Positions 50,166-61,739 of a stretch of 64,000 bases of DNA are shown in pieces. Each line of letters starts with the position of its first letter. The first letter of the stretch is position 1. Location of the stretch: NCBI GenBank assembly GCA_030141605.1, contig JAQGDQ010000220.1:305840-369839 (forward strand), read 5' to 3'. Origin of the DNA: Tubiluchus corallicola (Eukaryota; Animalia; Priapulida). A model generated the notes under the pieces. That model was given only the letters and a program-made list of their open reading frames with translations, was not told the origin of the DNA and did no database searches. The translations under genes and the position numbers were made by a program.

Positions 50166-51361
50166 GGTGTAAATCTTTGTCAGCATCTTCAAAAATATGT
50201 GGGACGTTTGAGGTTTAAAGAAACAGTTTAAATATAAGCACATTAAACAGGTTCAGGTTCTTATATTTTAGGCTTAATCATTGTATGTTTAACATGTATT
50301 TACATGTGGCAGCACGTTCCCTGAAAACTGAACTGTAGTCCCTGGAATCTTGGGTGTTAGATACTCTTTAGTAAGTCTTTACCTCGATTTTTTTTTGTTA
50401 TAAAGCAATGGGTTATTCGTGCTTAAACACTCCAAATGTATGTAGAACCAGACGGTGTACACATTATTTGTACTCAGTTATGTGGGCATGCACATAATAA
50501 TTTTCTCACAGCTGTTATTTCTGACAAATTCATTGTATATTTTTCTAATTTTAAGAATGTTACCATGTTGCTGCTTTGTCCACCATGTTCAAAATACTGT
50601 GTTCTTTTGTATTTTGTTACCTTTCTCTTTGTATTAATTACATGTAGCTTTACATGTAGCTAATGTAATTGACCCATTATTGATTCTATATTATTTCAAT
50701 AAATTTATGATAATGATAAGTTTGATGGTTTACTAAAGGGGAAGAAGAGAATTTTAAAGCATATCCCAAAGTACTTTCCATACTACTTAGCATTATGCTT
50801 AACCAGTTCACAAGACTTATGCAATTGGAACAGAAATTACTTAATAATTTAAAATGTTTGTGCCACTTGCTGAAATGGCACTGATTGCTATCCCAGTGTG
50901 CACCAGTATAATAGTAATTTAAATTTTTGCTTACTGAAAACTGTGCTAAGAATACTGATTATTTTTTCAAAATTTGTCCAATGTTATGGAAAGTAAAGAT
51001 TACTATTAAAATGTTTTTTTATGACATGGCAATGACTAAGCATTCCTGCCATCACGTAGGAGTGCAACACTTAGTTGCTGATCCTATTACAGTACCAGGA
51101 AAATTCATTCTCACAAAGCAAATAGTGAGCACTATATTAGGAAATATTTTCTCTTATTATTCTTACACATACGTTGATCATTATTGTATGGAGGTTAAGA
51201 GAATGCGTTTTTACACTGCCGATCAAGTTATTGAGATAACAAATGATAAAACACGTTCAGTTTGCTCAGCAAAAATGCTGTGACACAACAACACATCTGA
51301 AGTGGTTAGTGTCCAAATAGTTCACACTGAAAGGTTTTCCAGTGCCATCAAAGAACTGGTA

Positions 51362-53734
51362 CTACGTTTCCATTTCTGCCCCATCGGAATCCTCTTCTTG
51401 GGTGACATGGACAAGAGCTTGTTGTAATTTCGCTGAAGAGGCTGAAAAAAATTTTGCCTTCAATTTGAATTCCACACCAATATACACTTGGATTTTTATG
51501 TAAATGTACAGTAACGTTAATGTTAAGTGATAATAGAATTCACTATTTATATAGACACTTGGCAGGACGGGAATATAGCCCACCCCACATGATCCTCAGC
51601 TATTTTTTTTACCCAAATAAAGTGATTTACACAGGGACAAATGAGGTAAGCAATTTTTATCTATATTCCAGGTCCCTCAATAATTACCCAGCATAAGTTG
51701 TGAACTAAAGGAACGAACAAGCCATTTAGCATGTTGGATTTATTTTACTGTTTTTTCTTAAACTTAGAAAAATATAACAAGGGAAATATTGGCAACTGCC
51801 ATTCACTTGAAAATTATGTCATAAATGCACACTGCTTAAACTAATTCAAACCTCTGTAACTTACCTTATGACCATGCAGAAATATCAAGTTTTATAAAAA
51901 GTTATTATACTTTTGATGGAAATTGACAGTGCGCTGCTTTTCTTTAGTTAACAAACGATGAAATTGACCGAAAAATGGGATTACCCAAGTGTGAAATGAT
52001 TGCGACTTGAAAGTGATTTTACTAATTATGAAAGGCACTATCACACTCTTATTTCTAAATCCTTCTAACATTTCCACAAACATTGAAATAAGCCTGACTT
52101 CCCAGAAGGCTTGACCTTTCCTTTAAGTAAATGTGATAAAAGTATCAATTTAAACAATTAATTTAAGCACTGCACTGACTGCAAAAGCACAACTGATCAC
52201 ACAGCTTGTCCAAATTACCTGCTGGAGACTTGATAAGATTGATATTTTTTTGCACTTCTTTGACATCAGCCTCCTTCCTCAATTCTTTGCCTTTTTTTAA
52301 TCGGTTGAGAATGAACTGATTTTGTCGTTTAACCTTTATTGTTTCCACTTTTTGCATTGCCTCAACTAAAAAAACGAAAATCCATAAAGTTACAATACTA
52401 TTGCTATATAAGCATTTAATGTCTGAGGAAATTCAATTCCATTCAGCTCAGATAGAGAGTGGTGACATCTACAGACTACATCTTAAAGTGCACTAATTGC
52501 TTACTTTTTCTAAGTGCAGTACAGCTTGCACTAATTTATTCCCCATGCAGCTGTTAATAAGAGCTTCAGAGCTCACGCAAGAGAGATTGGAAAACAGTTT
52601 CAAAACTGTGTATGGCACGGCTAAAGACCTACCTAACAGCACTTCCTAACATTGTTTATAGTTGGCGTAGAATTTTAGAATTAGAATTTATTAAAATTAC
52701 TATGAACATGAAAATTAACACAGCTTTAAAGAGTTTACAGTGCGGAAATTTATACATAGAACACATTGACATGTTATTATAATTATTACCAAGGCTACTG
52801 ATATTTCTCAAGACAACACAGGATGCCTTATGTAAGTTTAAAGGCCTATTATAACCCCAACAGACATTTAAAGTTTTTTAACGTATTACCTTTTATAAGA
52901 TTTTACAACTTAGAGTCCTACTCTCGTTACGAATATTAAATTTACAACTTTATAACTGTATTTTATAGAATAAATTTAATATTCGTAACGAGAGTAGGAC
53001 TCTAAGTTGTAAAAGCTTATATTATAGTGAGAGTTTAGTTTGGCTTTAACATCCTTATTTACATATTGGCTTCTGGACTTAATGGTGTCATTTGCTTGGG
53101 AGGAAAAAGTTTGTAGTCAAGTGATCCAACCTATCGATTCTGCAGATGGTAATTTTCAAAACAGTTTTACTTGCCTTTGGGCCTCTAAACAACTTGAATG
53201 ACTAAATGATATCAAATTTTGAAATAAATGCTAATACCGCTCTGACTGTAATTAGCTATTAGAGCTGATACATAATTAACATATATGATTCTATGTATTA
53301 GTTGAACGATGACATATTTAATTATACTTGTTCTTGTCCAGAGTTCCCGCTCATATTTTGGAGGATTATGGCGCCTCTTCTCAAACTCGAAAGCTGGGTC
53401 TACAGCCAGCTCTTTTCCTGCTGCTTTGCGGAATGCCTTCGTCCATTTGGCTTTTCTAGGATTCCGTTTTCGCTTGAAATTCTTGTGACATTTCGACCGG
53501 CAAAATCTGAAAACCTTATAAATTAACAGCAATGAGATGCATGAGCATGAAGCATGGATTTCCAAATCACATGCATGCTAGTGCTGGAGTAAAAAAGTGC
53601 CGCCACTAAAATAAACTGCACTGTAAATCTTTCAGTTATATTGTAAGACATACCTTATTGTCATTTCTGACAAACATCGTACCATGCCCAGGATACACTG
53701 TGGAAGAACAGTAGTAACATTTTTCTAAACGCAT
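51362..53734 (-). CDS. RSL24D1: Ribosome biogenesis protein RLP24 (L24e family), 164 aa, 4 exons
   Basis: Exons 53734-53654 ([18 protein letters not shown]), 53514-53328 ([27 protein letters not shown]; AAG acceptor), 52365-52219, 51441-51362 total 495 nt in frame. Confidence 0.96.
52894..53021. repeat. Near-perfect hairpin: 51-bp arms, 26-nt loop
   Basis: 52894-52944 is the reverse complement of 52971-53021 with one mismatch; lies in RSL24D1 intron 2. Confidence 0.9.
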
Positions 53735-54199
53735 GGTGACGATCGATTTACAGTATAAATATAATATTAAAATTAATGAAGGTTACCAAATCTGACAAAC
53801 TAAACAGGGTAATATTCACTGGTGATAAAGAACCAGTGCTAGAAATCTAATACTATACAAGTCATGTATACAGCAAATCCCACAATTTCCTACAAGAAGT
53901 CAGAATCTTATTGCGCACCGGCTATAGAAAGCAGTTCTGTTCAATGCTGTTTCATTGCATACCCAAGTGTGAATAATTTCGCAAATCATAATTTTAGAAG
54001 TATGTAATTAACAATATGGTTTATACCTTTTTAGTATAATTGCAAAATGTTTATGTAATGTAATATTTATTGCAACTGAATTTTTATACGATACAGCATT
54101 TATACCTTATTCAGTTAGAACCTAGAAAGAGGGCAGATCAAGTTGTTGTGAACAGAACAGAACAAAATAATTTTTTTTTACAATAATGAGCACATCTGA

Positions 54200-54282
54200 T
54201 ACAACAATACAACAACAATAATAACAATAACAATAATAACAACAACAAGAACAACAACAACAACAGCAACAGCAGCAGCAGC

Positions 54283-54314
<32 letters not shown>

Positions 54315-54372
54315 AAACAACAACAACAAAAACAACAACAACAACAACAACAACAACAATAATAATAATAAT
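54200..54372 (+). repeat. (AAC/AAT/AGC)n trinucleotide microsatellite
   Basis: Direct reading; explains the poly-Leu ORF 54138..54359 (-). Confidence 0.9.
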
Positions 54373-55504
54373 TAAATAAGGTTGTTCTAAGGAAGAAGAA
54401 TGAGCAAGTGTTTTCTTGTCTTCTTCCTAAAGGTGAAACAGGATTCTAATCGGCCCACGCATGTATTAAACTTTATAAAACATATCTAGCACTTTTTAAC
54501 TATTGTGTCCTTGGAGGGTTAAGGTTAGGGTTAGGGTTAGCCAGTCCCCAATTAACTTATCTGCTTGACACGTATCTGTCTAGCTCCATCTGAGAATTCA
54601 AGATCCAGTCTACCTCCAGCACCTGTGTGCTGTGGGCTTGTGTATAGGTTATAATTATGTGGTAGTATAGTAATAATAATAATACTGGCCTATTATAGGT
54701 GTATAGGCATTTTTTCCAATTACGATTACGGTTTGAAAACCTTAGTCATGGCAATACAATAAATCCGCAATGTTGTAACGTCTGTTTGTTTTATCACGTG
54801 CAAAAACATTATTAATAGTAAATACAGAGCAAAGCGACAAGAAAGCAGACAGCAACGTCGAATTTTTCTAGATTTTTTTGGTGTTACTCACCATGCTCTC
54901 TATACTCACCGAGCTTGCCATCTAATGGAGTTACTACATTACCGCCGCATAGATACTACCTTATTATTGATAAGTGTTCTTCTGCAAGGTTTAGCAGTGT
55001 TAGCTGTAGATGTAGGTTATTGTTCGTTATTATCTTTCCCTCGTCTCTGCATATTAGCCTGAAGTCTGTAAGGCTACATTGATAATTATTGTTTATTATA
55101 AAGTCGTGGCGCCATCTTTTAACCATAAAAGAAACGAATTAAGCAGTCTATAGAGGGCACTGTTCTAGTTTTGACACAAAGTTAGTTAAAAGTCTAAAAC
55201 CCGTTTTTGTTAGTGTCGTAGAACTCTGATGTTCTGTGACCTAGAATTCCACAAGTCCAAGTTGTATCAGTCAGAGTGTAACTGTGAAATTCATTTTTTG
55301 TGCATGTACAAAATGTATATAAAAATACATTATGTACAATCAACGATACAATAAAGGAGCGTATATTTCTGTAACAAATACAGTGAGTCAGCGGCGATGT
55401 CTATTGTTTAAACTATATGACTAGTTGCGTAATGATGTGGACGTGTTGCACTTAAATGTAAACGGATATATTGTTATGGATAATTAATTGACTATGATAT
55501 CGAG

Positions 55505-55906
55505 ATGGAGACGTCAGAGGTGAATTTTGATGACATTCTGGTACGCATTGGCGGTTTTGGCTGCTTTCAGTTCCACGTCTTTGCCTTGCTGATTGGCCCT
55601 ACATTATACAGCAGCATTGCCTGTTTAAACAGGGTATTTTTTATGACTATACCTGATCATTGGTGCCAGGTTCCAGAACTGGACGGTTGGAATTTGACTG
55701 TAGAGGAAATCAAGAGCTTCACTTTGCCCATGGAGATGAGAGATGGTGTGATGCAATTCAGTCAGTGCTTCATGTACAATGTCAACTTTAGTGATATATT
55801 AATGGCTGATGGTGATCCCATACCCGATACAAACTGGTCGAAGATACCATGTCAGCATGGATGGGAGTACTCAAAGATCTACTTTGAAAACACAGTTGCA
55901 ACTGAG
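55505..55906 (+). CDS. SLC22-family organic cation transporter (Orct/carcinine-transporter-like), coding exon 1; remainder outside window
   Basis: FDDIL..IGGFGCFQ, TM1, PDHWC, SQC.MY, C.HGWEY...TVATE, then donor GAG|GTAATC at 55906/55907, the usual position just before the WxLVC motif. Confidence 0.9.
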
Positions 55907-55928
55907 GTAATCTTTAGTATATATATAT

Positions 55929-56326
55929 TGGACTGCTCTCAGCTTTTAATGGAGGCAGAACGGATGGCACCGCGGTCTACACCGTGCGGCATGTCTCAAG
56001 TAATGAACCAAACCAAAACCAAAATGAATAATAAAAATAAAAGTGACAATTTATTACCAAAAAAAATGTTCCAAATAGCTTACCGAATGGAGCAAAGCCT
56101 GAAGTGCGAACAGAGCTGAGATGAGATGAGACGACCACTGACAAGGATCTACAGCAGACCTACCCTTTTTATAAACTCAGGTGTGCACGTGACTAGTGGC
56201 TCCTACTAACACAAGGTCAGAATAAGAGTCTATGTGCTAGTTAAAGCCACGTTCACACGCACACCTGAGAAGTCTGCTGTATTCCCCTTCCAGTATTACA
56301 CTATCTCATCACAGCCCTGCAGTACA
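55929..56326 (-). repeat. LTR 1 (3'-most, 398 bp)
   Basis: Minus strand TGTACTGC...GCAGTCCA; TATAAAA (56167-73) upstream of AATAAA (56050-55); preceded by PPT GGAGGAAGGGGGACAG (56327-56342). Confidence 0.9.
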
Positions 56327-58158
56327 CTGTCCCCCTTCCTCCAGACAAAGAAGTCCCTTCTTTGAAGATCTAGTCTTCCATCGGGAGGGAGAAGAACAGC
56401 TACCCACACAGACCAGAAAGCAAGTTCGAGCACTGCTAATCAACAATGCAAAAAAGTTTTTCCTTCCATTAATCAAATAGAATCACAGAAATATTTTGCA
56501 AAGGCTGGCAATTCTACAAAACAACATGAGCTAGTGCATAACGCCTACCGAATTACAAATAAGATGAAAACCATGTCAGATTTCTTGTATGAATAAATTA
56601 AAGTTAAACATTACATTTCTAGTAACAACAATTTTTATATAACGGCGAGTCGACTTAGAAAACTTCCAATTAAATATGCCTAAGTATGCTACGTAAAAAT
56701 GCAAAAATGAACGAAATAAATGTAATCAGATATCATCCGCTATCCGTAAATAAACGTAACGTAGCGTAAATAATCCGCACGATCTGCGATTCTTAATGAT
56801 TCACCAGTATCAATTATGTCTCGACAAGCAAATGCAAGTAAGGTGTGAGGTGTGGACTATCCCTTAGTCAAGCAACAACGCATCCGATACCACGGGTGTA
56901 ACACCTGGGTTGGTAGAGCTTGCCTGGAAAAGATAACGCTAGTACTCATGTCAAGCATACAGTTAGTTCAAGTGAATTTCCACTGCAGACCCAGCATAAG
57001 ATTTATTGAGCTTAAGTATTGGCTCCTATGGCGAAAAACGTCGATTCTCCATAAATTTTCCAAAATAGCTGTGCTGTACAACAGAAAAAAGGTAGTAAAT
57101 CTGCTTACACCAACTATATTCATAGCGGGAAACAAAAACAAAAAGTTATATGCCACTTTGTCTTTAAATAAATCAACATCTTTAATAAACAACAACAATG
57201 CTGACAACTTAACTTCTAAAAAAAATTTTAACACCTTGCCGTGTTCGATTAACTTACGCAAAAAAGGGCTGGTCAGTGGTCAAAGTCGCTCTGTTCACAT
57301 GGTAGCCAACGGACAAGGCTTTGTCGCGAAGCTAGAAATAGGACCTCGAAGAACGAAAGCAACAACAACAAAACGTCAATTATCGAAAAAGACTAATTAG
57401 AACTAGTCATCAACCGGAATCGGTTGACTTAAGACAACGAAATTGAGAATTTCGATCACGACTATCTACTCGTACATCTTAGATGAAACAGTCTAAACAA
57501 ACAGTAATTGTTTAGCAAAAATAAAATGTTTGTTCTGCCATTTATCTCTCGAGATTAATGCTAGAACAAATGACAATTTGCAATAACTATTTACAGAACA
57601 ATTATCCTTTTTTTAAATGCCCTTCAAGAAAAAAAACTCAAAATTTAATTAAAGAAGACACAGTTGATTTCCAATACGGCCACTTAAAAACATAGAACAA
57701 AAACTAATATATTCGCCTCTCCTCCTCTCCTTAAAGAAGAGTGAAAATTCCATTTTTCACAAAATACGACAACAATAATAATGACATGAGGTAATCAATA
57801 TACAGCCAACGAAATGTGTTCAATTCTTGGTTCCTCAGCTGCGAAAAAAAATAAAAATTTTAACATTTTTAAACATGCTCATTAAGTAAGTTTTATAATT
57901 CAGTTAAACAAGCATCTAGTCACGTATTTTCGAATTTGACATGTGTAAGTAGTTACAACTCCATTCTTAAGTGTTAATTCGGATGTGTCACATAGAATAG
58001 TTGCTGGAATTACGAAAATGTTTCGCGTAAGTAATTCTATGAGTGCATCTAAACTCGAGCATTTTCCTGCTTGTAAAGTGAGGGTTAAGATGAGAGAACT
58101 CTTCTAGCATCTCATTTCTCGAGTCTCGGAATTGCGTATTCGATGTGCAGTAGGGTCT

Positions 58159-59619
58159 TCATAAAGGAAGTTTCCATAGTGGGTTGTAGGTTGTCTTGGC
58201 CTGTGGGGGGTAAGGTCGGGGAGGACTGGACGGCAACTGGACGTCAACGGCTGCATTGGCTTCCAAAAAGGTTAGTGGTGTGCTAGAATGGGTCTCGCTT
58301 GATACGAGAACAGGATTAATAGAAGTTGGAGAGAGAACAGGATCCGGTAACGTAGGTTGTGAGGTTACATTATGATTGGATTGAAACGATTTGGGTTGTC
58401 TATCAACAGTTTTTCTATTGTTTATTTCAAGATTACACTCAACATTGCTCCTAGAATGGTTCACCTGGGTAGACTGCTCGCCCGAAAGAGGCGTGCGTAC
58501 ACTATCGCCGGCCTTTTCAGAGGAGTCCTCAGCAATTGCTGAACTGGAGCTACCAGGAAGCCATTCGTTAATGAGTTGTCGAGTTGATTCGTCGGGAATA
58601 AATTCAGCAGAGTCGGCTGTGTCAAGTAAATTAAGAGTGGTTGAGCCGGGAAAATCAACTCTTTTGCCAGTGGATGTTCGTGGTTTTGGTATAGGCGGAG
58701 AGGTGGGCAATGAAAGCCGTACATCACCGTTGGATGAATTGTCATGGGGAAAGGAAAGTGGATCACGAATAGGAGTTAAGGCTGGCATGGAGGAATTAAG
58801 TAGTTCTGGAATTTGGGCTGGAAAACTCGATGCATTTTCATTGTGCTCATCATTATAATCAGCTATTCTGCATGGTGAATATGGAGGTGGCGGCAATCCG
58901 AAAGAATCGAGAGATACAGAACGATCAACTGCTGTCAGCTGTGGCTCGAGTTCAATGTTTTGTTCAGTTTTAGATTTATCGATACCCGATGGATCGGCAT
59001 TGGATTTATCGGCACTAACTTCGGGATCAAGGCTATAAGTTACTGTAGCTTGGCTGTCAGATAATTCATTGAGTGAAGGCGTTTCACCAGGTGTCCAGGA
59101 AAATCCAGTGGCTGGCGTATAACGCCACAGACGATCTGCGTGAACAATTTTGCCTCTTTGTCTTGGTCCCGGCAAACGTATACGATAGACAACATCTGAG
59201 AGGCGTGTTATAATTTCATAAGGTCCCTGCCAATCAGATTGAAGCTTTGGACTGCGACCGATTTTACGCTGAGGGTTAAAAAACCAAACTTTTTCCCCAA
59301 CAGAAAATTGAACATAATGAGAACGGACATTATAGCGTCTACGCATTGTTTCATGAGAAATGCGGAGGTTTTCTCTGATGAAATGGTGAACGTCATGTAG
59401 ACGATTCTCAAGATTTTTAACATACTGGACGACAGTACTTGAATCAATGTTTGAAGGTGGGCGTCCTGTTAATAGATCAAGAGGCAGCCTTAATTCTTGA
59501 CCATTAGAAGAATACACACTCTGTTCTAATAGAAAATCGGCAAGCTGACGGTGTTGTAACCGTTCTAAGTCAACATCAACCGCAGTACAATAATCGGAAT
59601 GCCCAGATGAGGGTAACAT
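58159..59619 (-). CDS. Retroelement ORF (486 aa): short leader + integrase C-terminal GPY/F domain + Ser/Pro-rich tail
   Basis: ELRLPLDLL..., YVKNLENRL, F.VGEKVW...KLQSDWQGPYEIITRLSDVVYRI...VHADRL match the Gypsy integrase C-terminus; no DDE core, RT, RNase H, protease or gag recognised. Confidence 0.8.
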   Translation of the reverse strand: MLPSSGHSDYCTAVDVDLERLQHRQLADFLLEQSVYSSNGQELRLPLDLLTGRPPSNIDSSTVVQYVKNLENRLHDVHHFIRENLRISHETMRRRYNVRSHYVQFSVGEKVWFFNPQRKIGRSPKLQSDWQGPYEIITRLSDVVYRIRLPGPRQRGKIVHADRLWRYTPATGFSWTPGETPSLNELSDSQATVTYSLDPEVSADKSNADPSGIDKSKTEQNIELEPQLTAVDRSVSLDSFGLPPPPYSPCRIADYNDEHNENASSFPAQIPELLNSSMPALTPIRDPLSFPHDNSSNGDVRLSLPTSPPIPKPRTSTGKRVDFPGSTTLNLLDTADSAEFIPDESTRQLINEWLPGSSSSAIAEDSSEKAGDSVRTPLSGEQSTQVNHSRSNVECNLEINNRKTVDRQPKSFQSNHNVTSQPTLPDPVLSPTSINPVLVSSETHSSTPLTFLEANAAVDVQLPSSPPRPYPPQAKTTYNPLWKLPL

Positions 59620-59638
59620 CCCACTTGTTCACACACCA
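59618..59638 (-). promoter_or_regulatory. Primer-binding site (tRNA-Leu-like, degenerate)
   Basis: Minus strand TGGTGTGTGAACAAGTGGGAT begins 1 nt after the LTR CA; compare the complement of the tRNA-Leu(CAA) 3' end, TGGTGTCAGAAGTGGGAT. Confidence 0.75.
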
Positions 59639-59639
59639 G

Positions 59640-60037
59640 TGGACTGCTCTCCGCTTTTAATGGAGGCAGAACGGATGGCACCGCGGCCTACACCGTGCGG
59701 CATGTCTCAAGTAATGAACCAAACCAAAACCAAAATGAATAATAAAAATAAAAGTGACAATTTATTACCAAAAAAAATGTTCCAAATAGCTTACCGAATG
59801 GAGCAAAGCCTGAAGTGCGAACAGAGCTGAGATGAGATGAGACGACCACTGACAAGGATCTACAGCAGACCTACCCTTTTTATAAACTCAGGTGTGCACG
59901 TGACTAGTGGCTCCTACTAACACAAGGTCAGAATAAGAGTCTATGTGCTAGTTAAAGCCACGTTCACACGCACACCTGAGAAGTCTGCTGTATTCCCCTT
60001 CCAGTATTACACTATCTCATCACAGCCCTGCAGTACA
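59640..60037 (-). repeat. LTR 2 (shared between units, 398 bp)
   Basis: Differs from LTR 1 at two positions by eye; PPT on one side, PBS on the other. Confidence 0.9.
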
Positions 60038-61739
60038 CTGTCCCCCTTCCTCCAGACAAAGAAGTCCCTTCTTTGAAGATCTAGTCTTCCATCGGGAGGG
60101 AGAAGAACAGCTACCCACACAGACCAGAAAGCAAGTTCGAGCACTGCTAATCAACAATGCAAAAAGTTTTTCCTTCCATTAATCAAATAGAATCACAGAA
60201 ATATTTTGCAAAGGCTGGCAATTCTACAAAACAACATGAGCTAGTGCATAACGCCTACCGAATTACAAATAAGATGAAAACCATGTCAGATTTCTTGTAT
60301 GAATAAATTAAAGTTAAACATTACATTTCTAGTAACAACAATTTTTATATAACGACGAGTCGACTTAGAAAACTTCCAATTAAATATGCCTAAGTATGCT
60401 ACGTAAAAATGCAAAAATGAACGAAATAAATGTAATCAGATATCATCCGCTATCCGTAAATAAACGTAACGTAGCGTAAATAATCCGCACGATCTGCGAT
60501 TCTTAATGATTCACCAGTATCAATTATGTCTCGACAAGCAAATGCAAGTAAGGTGTGAGGTGTGGACTATCCCTTAGTCAAGCAACAACGCATCCGATAC
60601 CACGGGTGTAACACCTGGGTTGGTAGAGCTTGCCTGGAAAAGATAACGCTAGTACTCATGTCAAGCATACAGTTAGTTCAAGTGAATTTCCACTGCAGAC
60701 CCAGCATAAGATTTATTGAGCTTAAGTATTGGCTCCTATGGCGAAAAACGTCGATTCTCCATAAATTTTCCAAAATAGCTGTGCTGTACAACAGAAAAAA
60801 GGTAGTAAATCTGCTTACACCAACTATATTCATAGCGGGAAACAAAAACAAAAAGTTATATGCCACTTTGTCTTTAAATAAATCAACATCTTTAATAAAC
60901 AACAACAATGCTGACAACTTAACTTCTAAAAAAATTTTAACACCTTGCCGTGTTCGATTAACTTACGCAAAAAAGGGCTGGTCAGTGGTCAAAGTCGCTC
61001 TGTTCACATGGTAGCCAACGGACAAGGCTTTGTCGCGAAGCTAGAAATAGGACCTCGAAGAACGAAAGCAACAACAACAAAACGTCAATTATCGAAAAAG
61101 ACTAATTAGAACTAGTCATCAACCGGAATCGGTTGACTTAAGACAACGAAATTGAGAATTTCGATCACGACTATCTACTCGTACATCTTAGATGAAACAG
61201 TCTAAACAAACAGTAATTGTTTAGCAAAAATAAAATGTTTGTTCTGCCATTTATCTCTCGAGATTAATGCTAGAACAAATGACAATTTGCAATAACTATT
61301 TACAGAACAATTATCCTTTTTTTAAATGCCCTTCAAGAAAAAAAACTCAAAATTTAATTAAAGAAGACACAGTTGATTTCCAATACGGCCACTTAAAAAC
61401 ATAGAACAAAAACTAATATATTCGCCTCTCCTCCTCTCCTTAAAGAAGAGTGAAAATTCCATTTTTCACAAAATACGACAACAATAATAATGACAGGAGG
61501 TAATCAATATACAGCCAACGAAATGTGTTCAATTCTTGGTTCCTCAGCTGCGAAAAAAAATAAAAATTTTAACATTTTTAAACATGCTCATTAAGTAAGT
61601 TTTATAATTCGAGTTAAACAAGCATCTAGTCACGTATTTTCGTATTTGACATGTGTAAGTAGATGCTAATTTGGATGTTTCACATAGAATAGTTGCTGGA
61701 ATTACGAAAATGTTTCGCGTAAGTAATTCTATGAGTGCA

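Noticed and set aside
54138-54359. Poly-Leu membrane protein ORF
   Set aside because: It is the antisense translation of an (AAC)n microsatellite.
56852-57400. 182-aa antisense ORF or env-like extra gene in the retroelement
   Set aside because: GTG start, no recognisable motifs, and frameshifted in copy 2 by a homopolymer difference.
58391-58858. 155-aa ORF antisense to the integrase tail (also 62125-62595)
   Set aside because: Most simply a shadow ORF opposite a Ser/Pro-rich coding region; TTG start.
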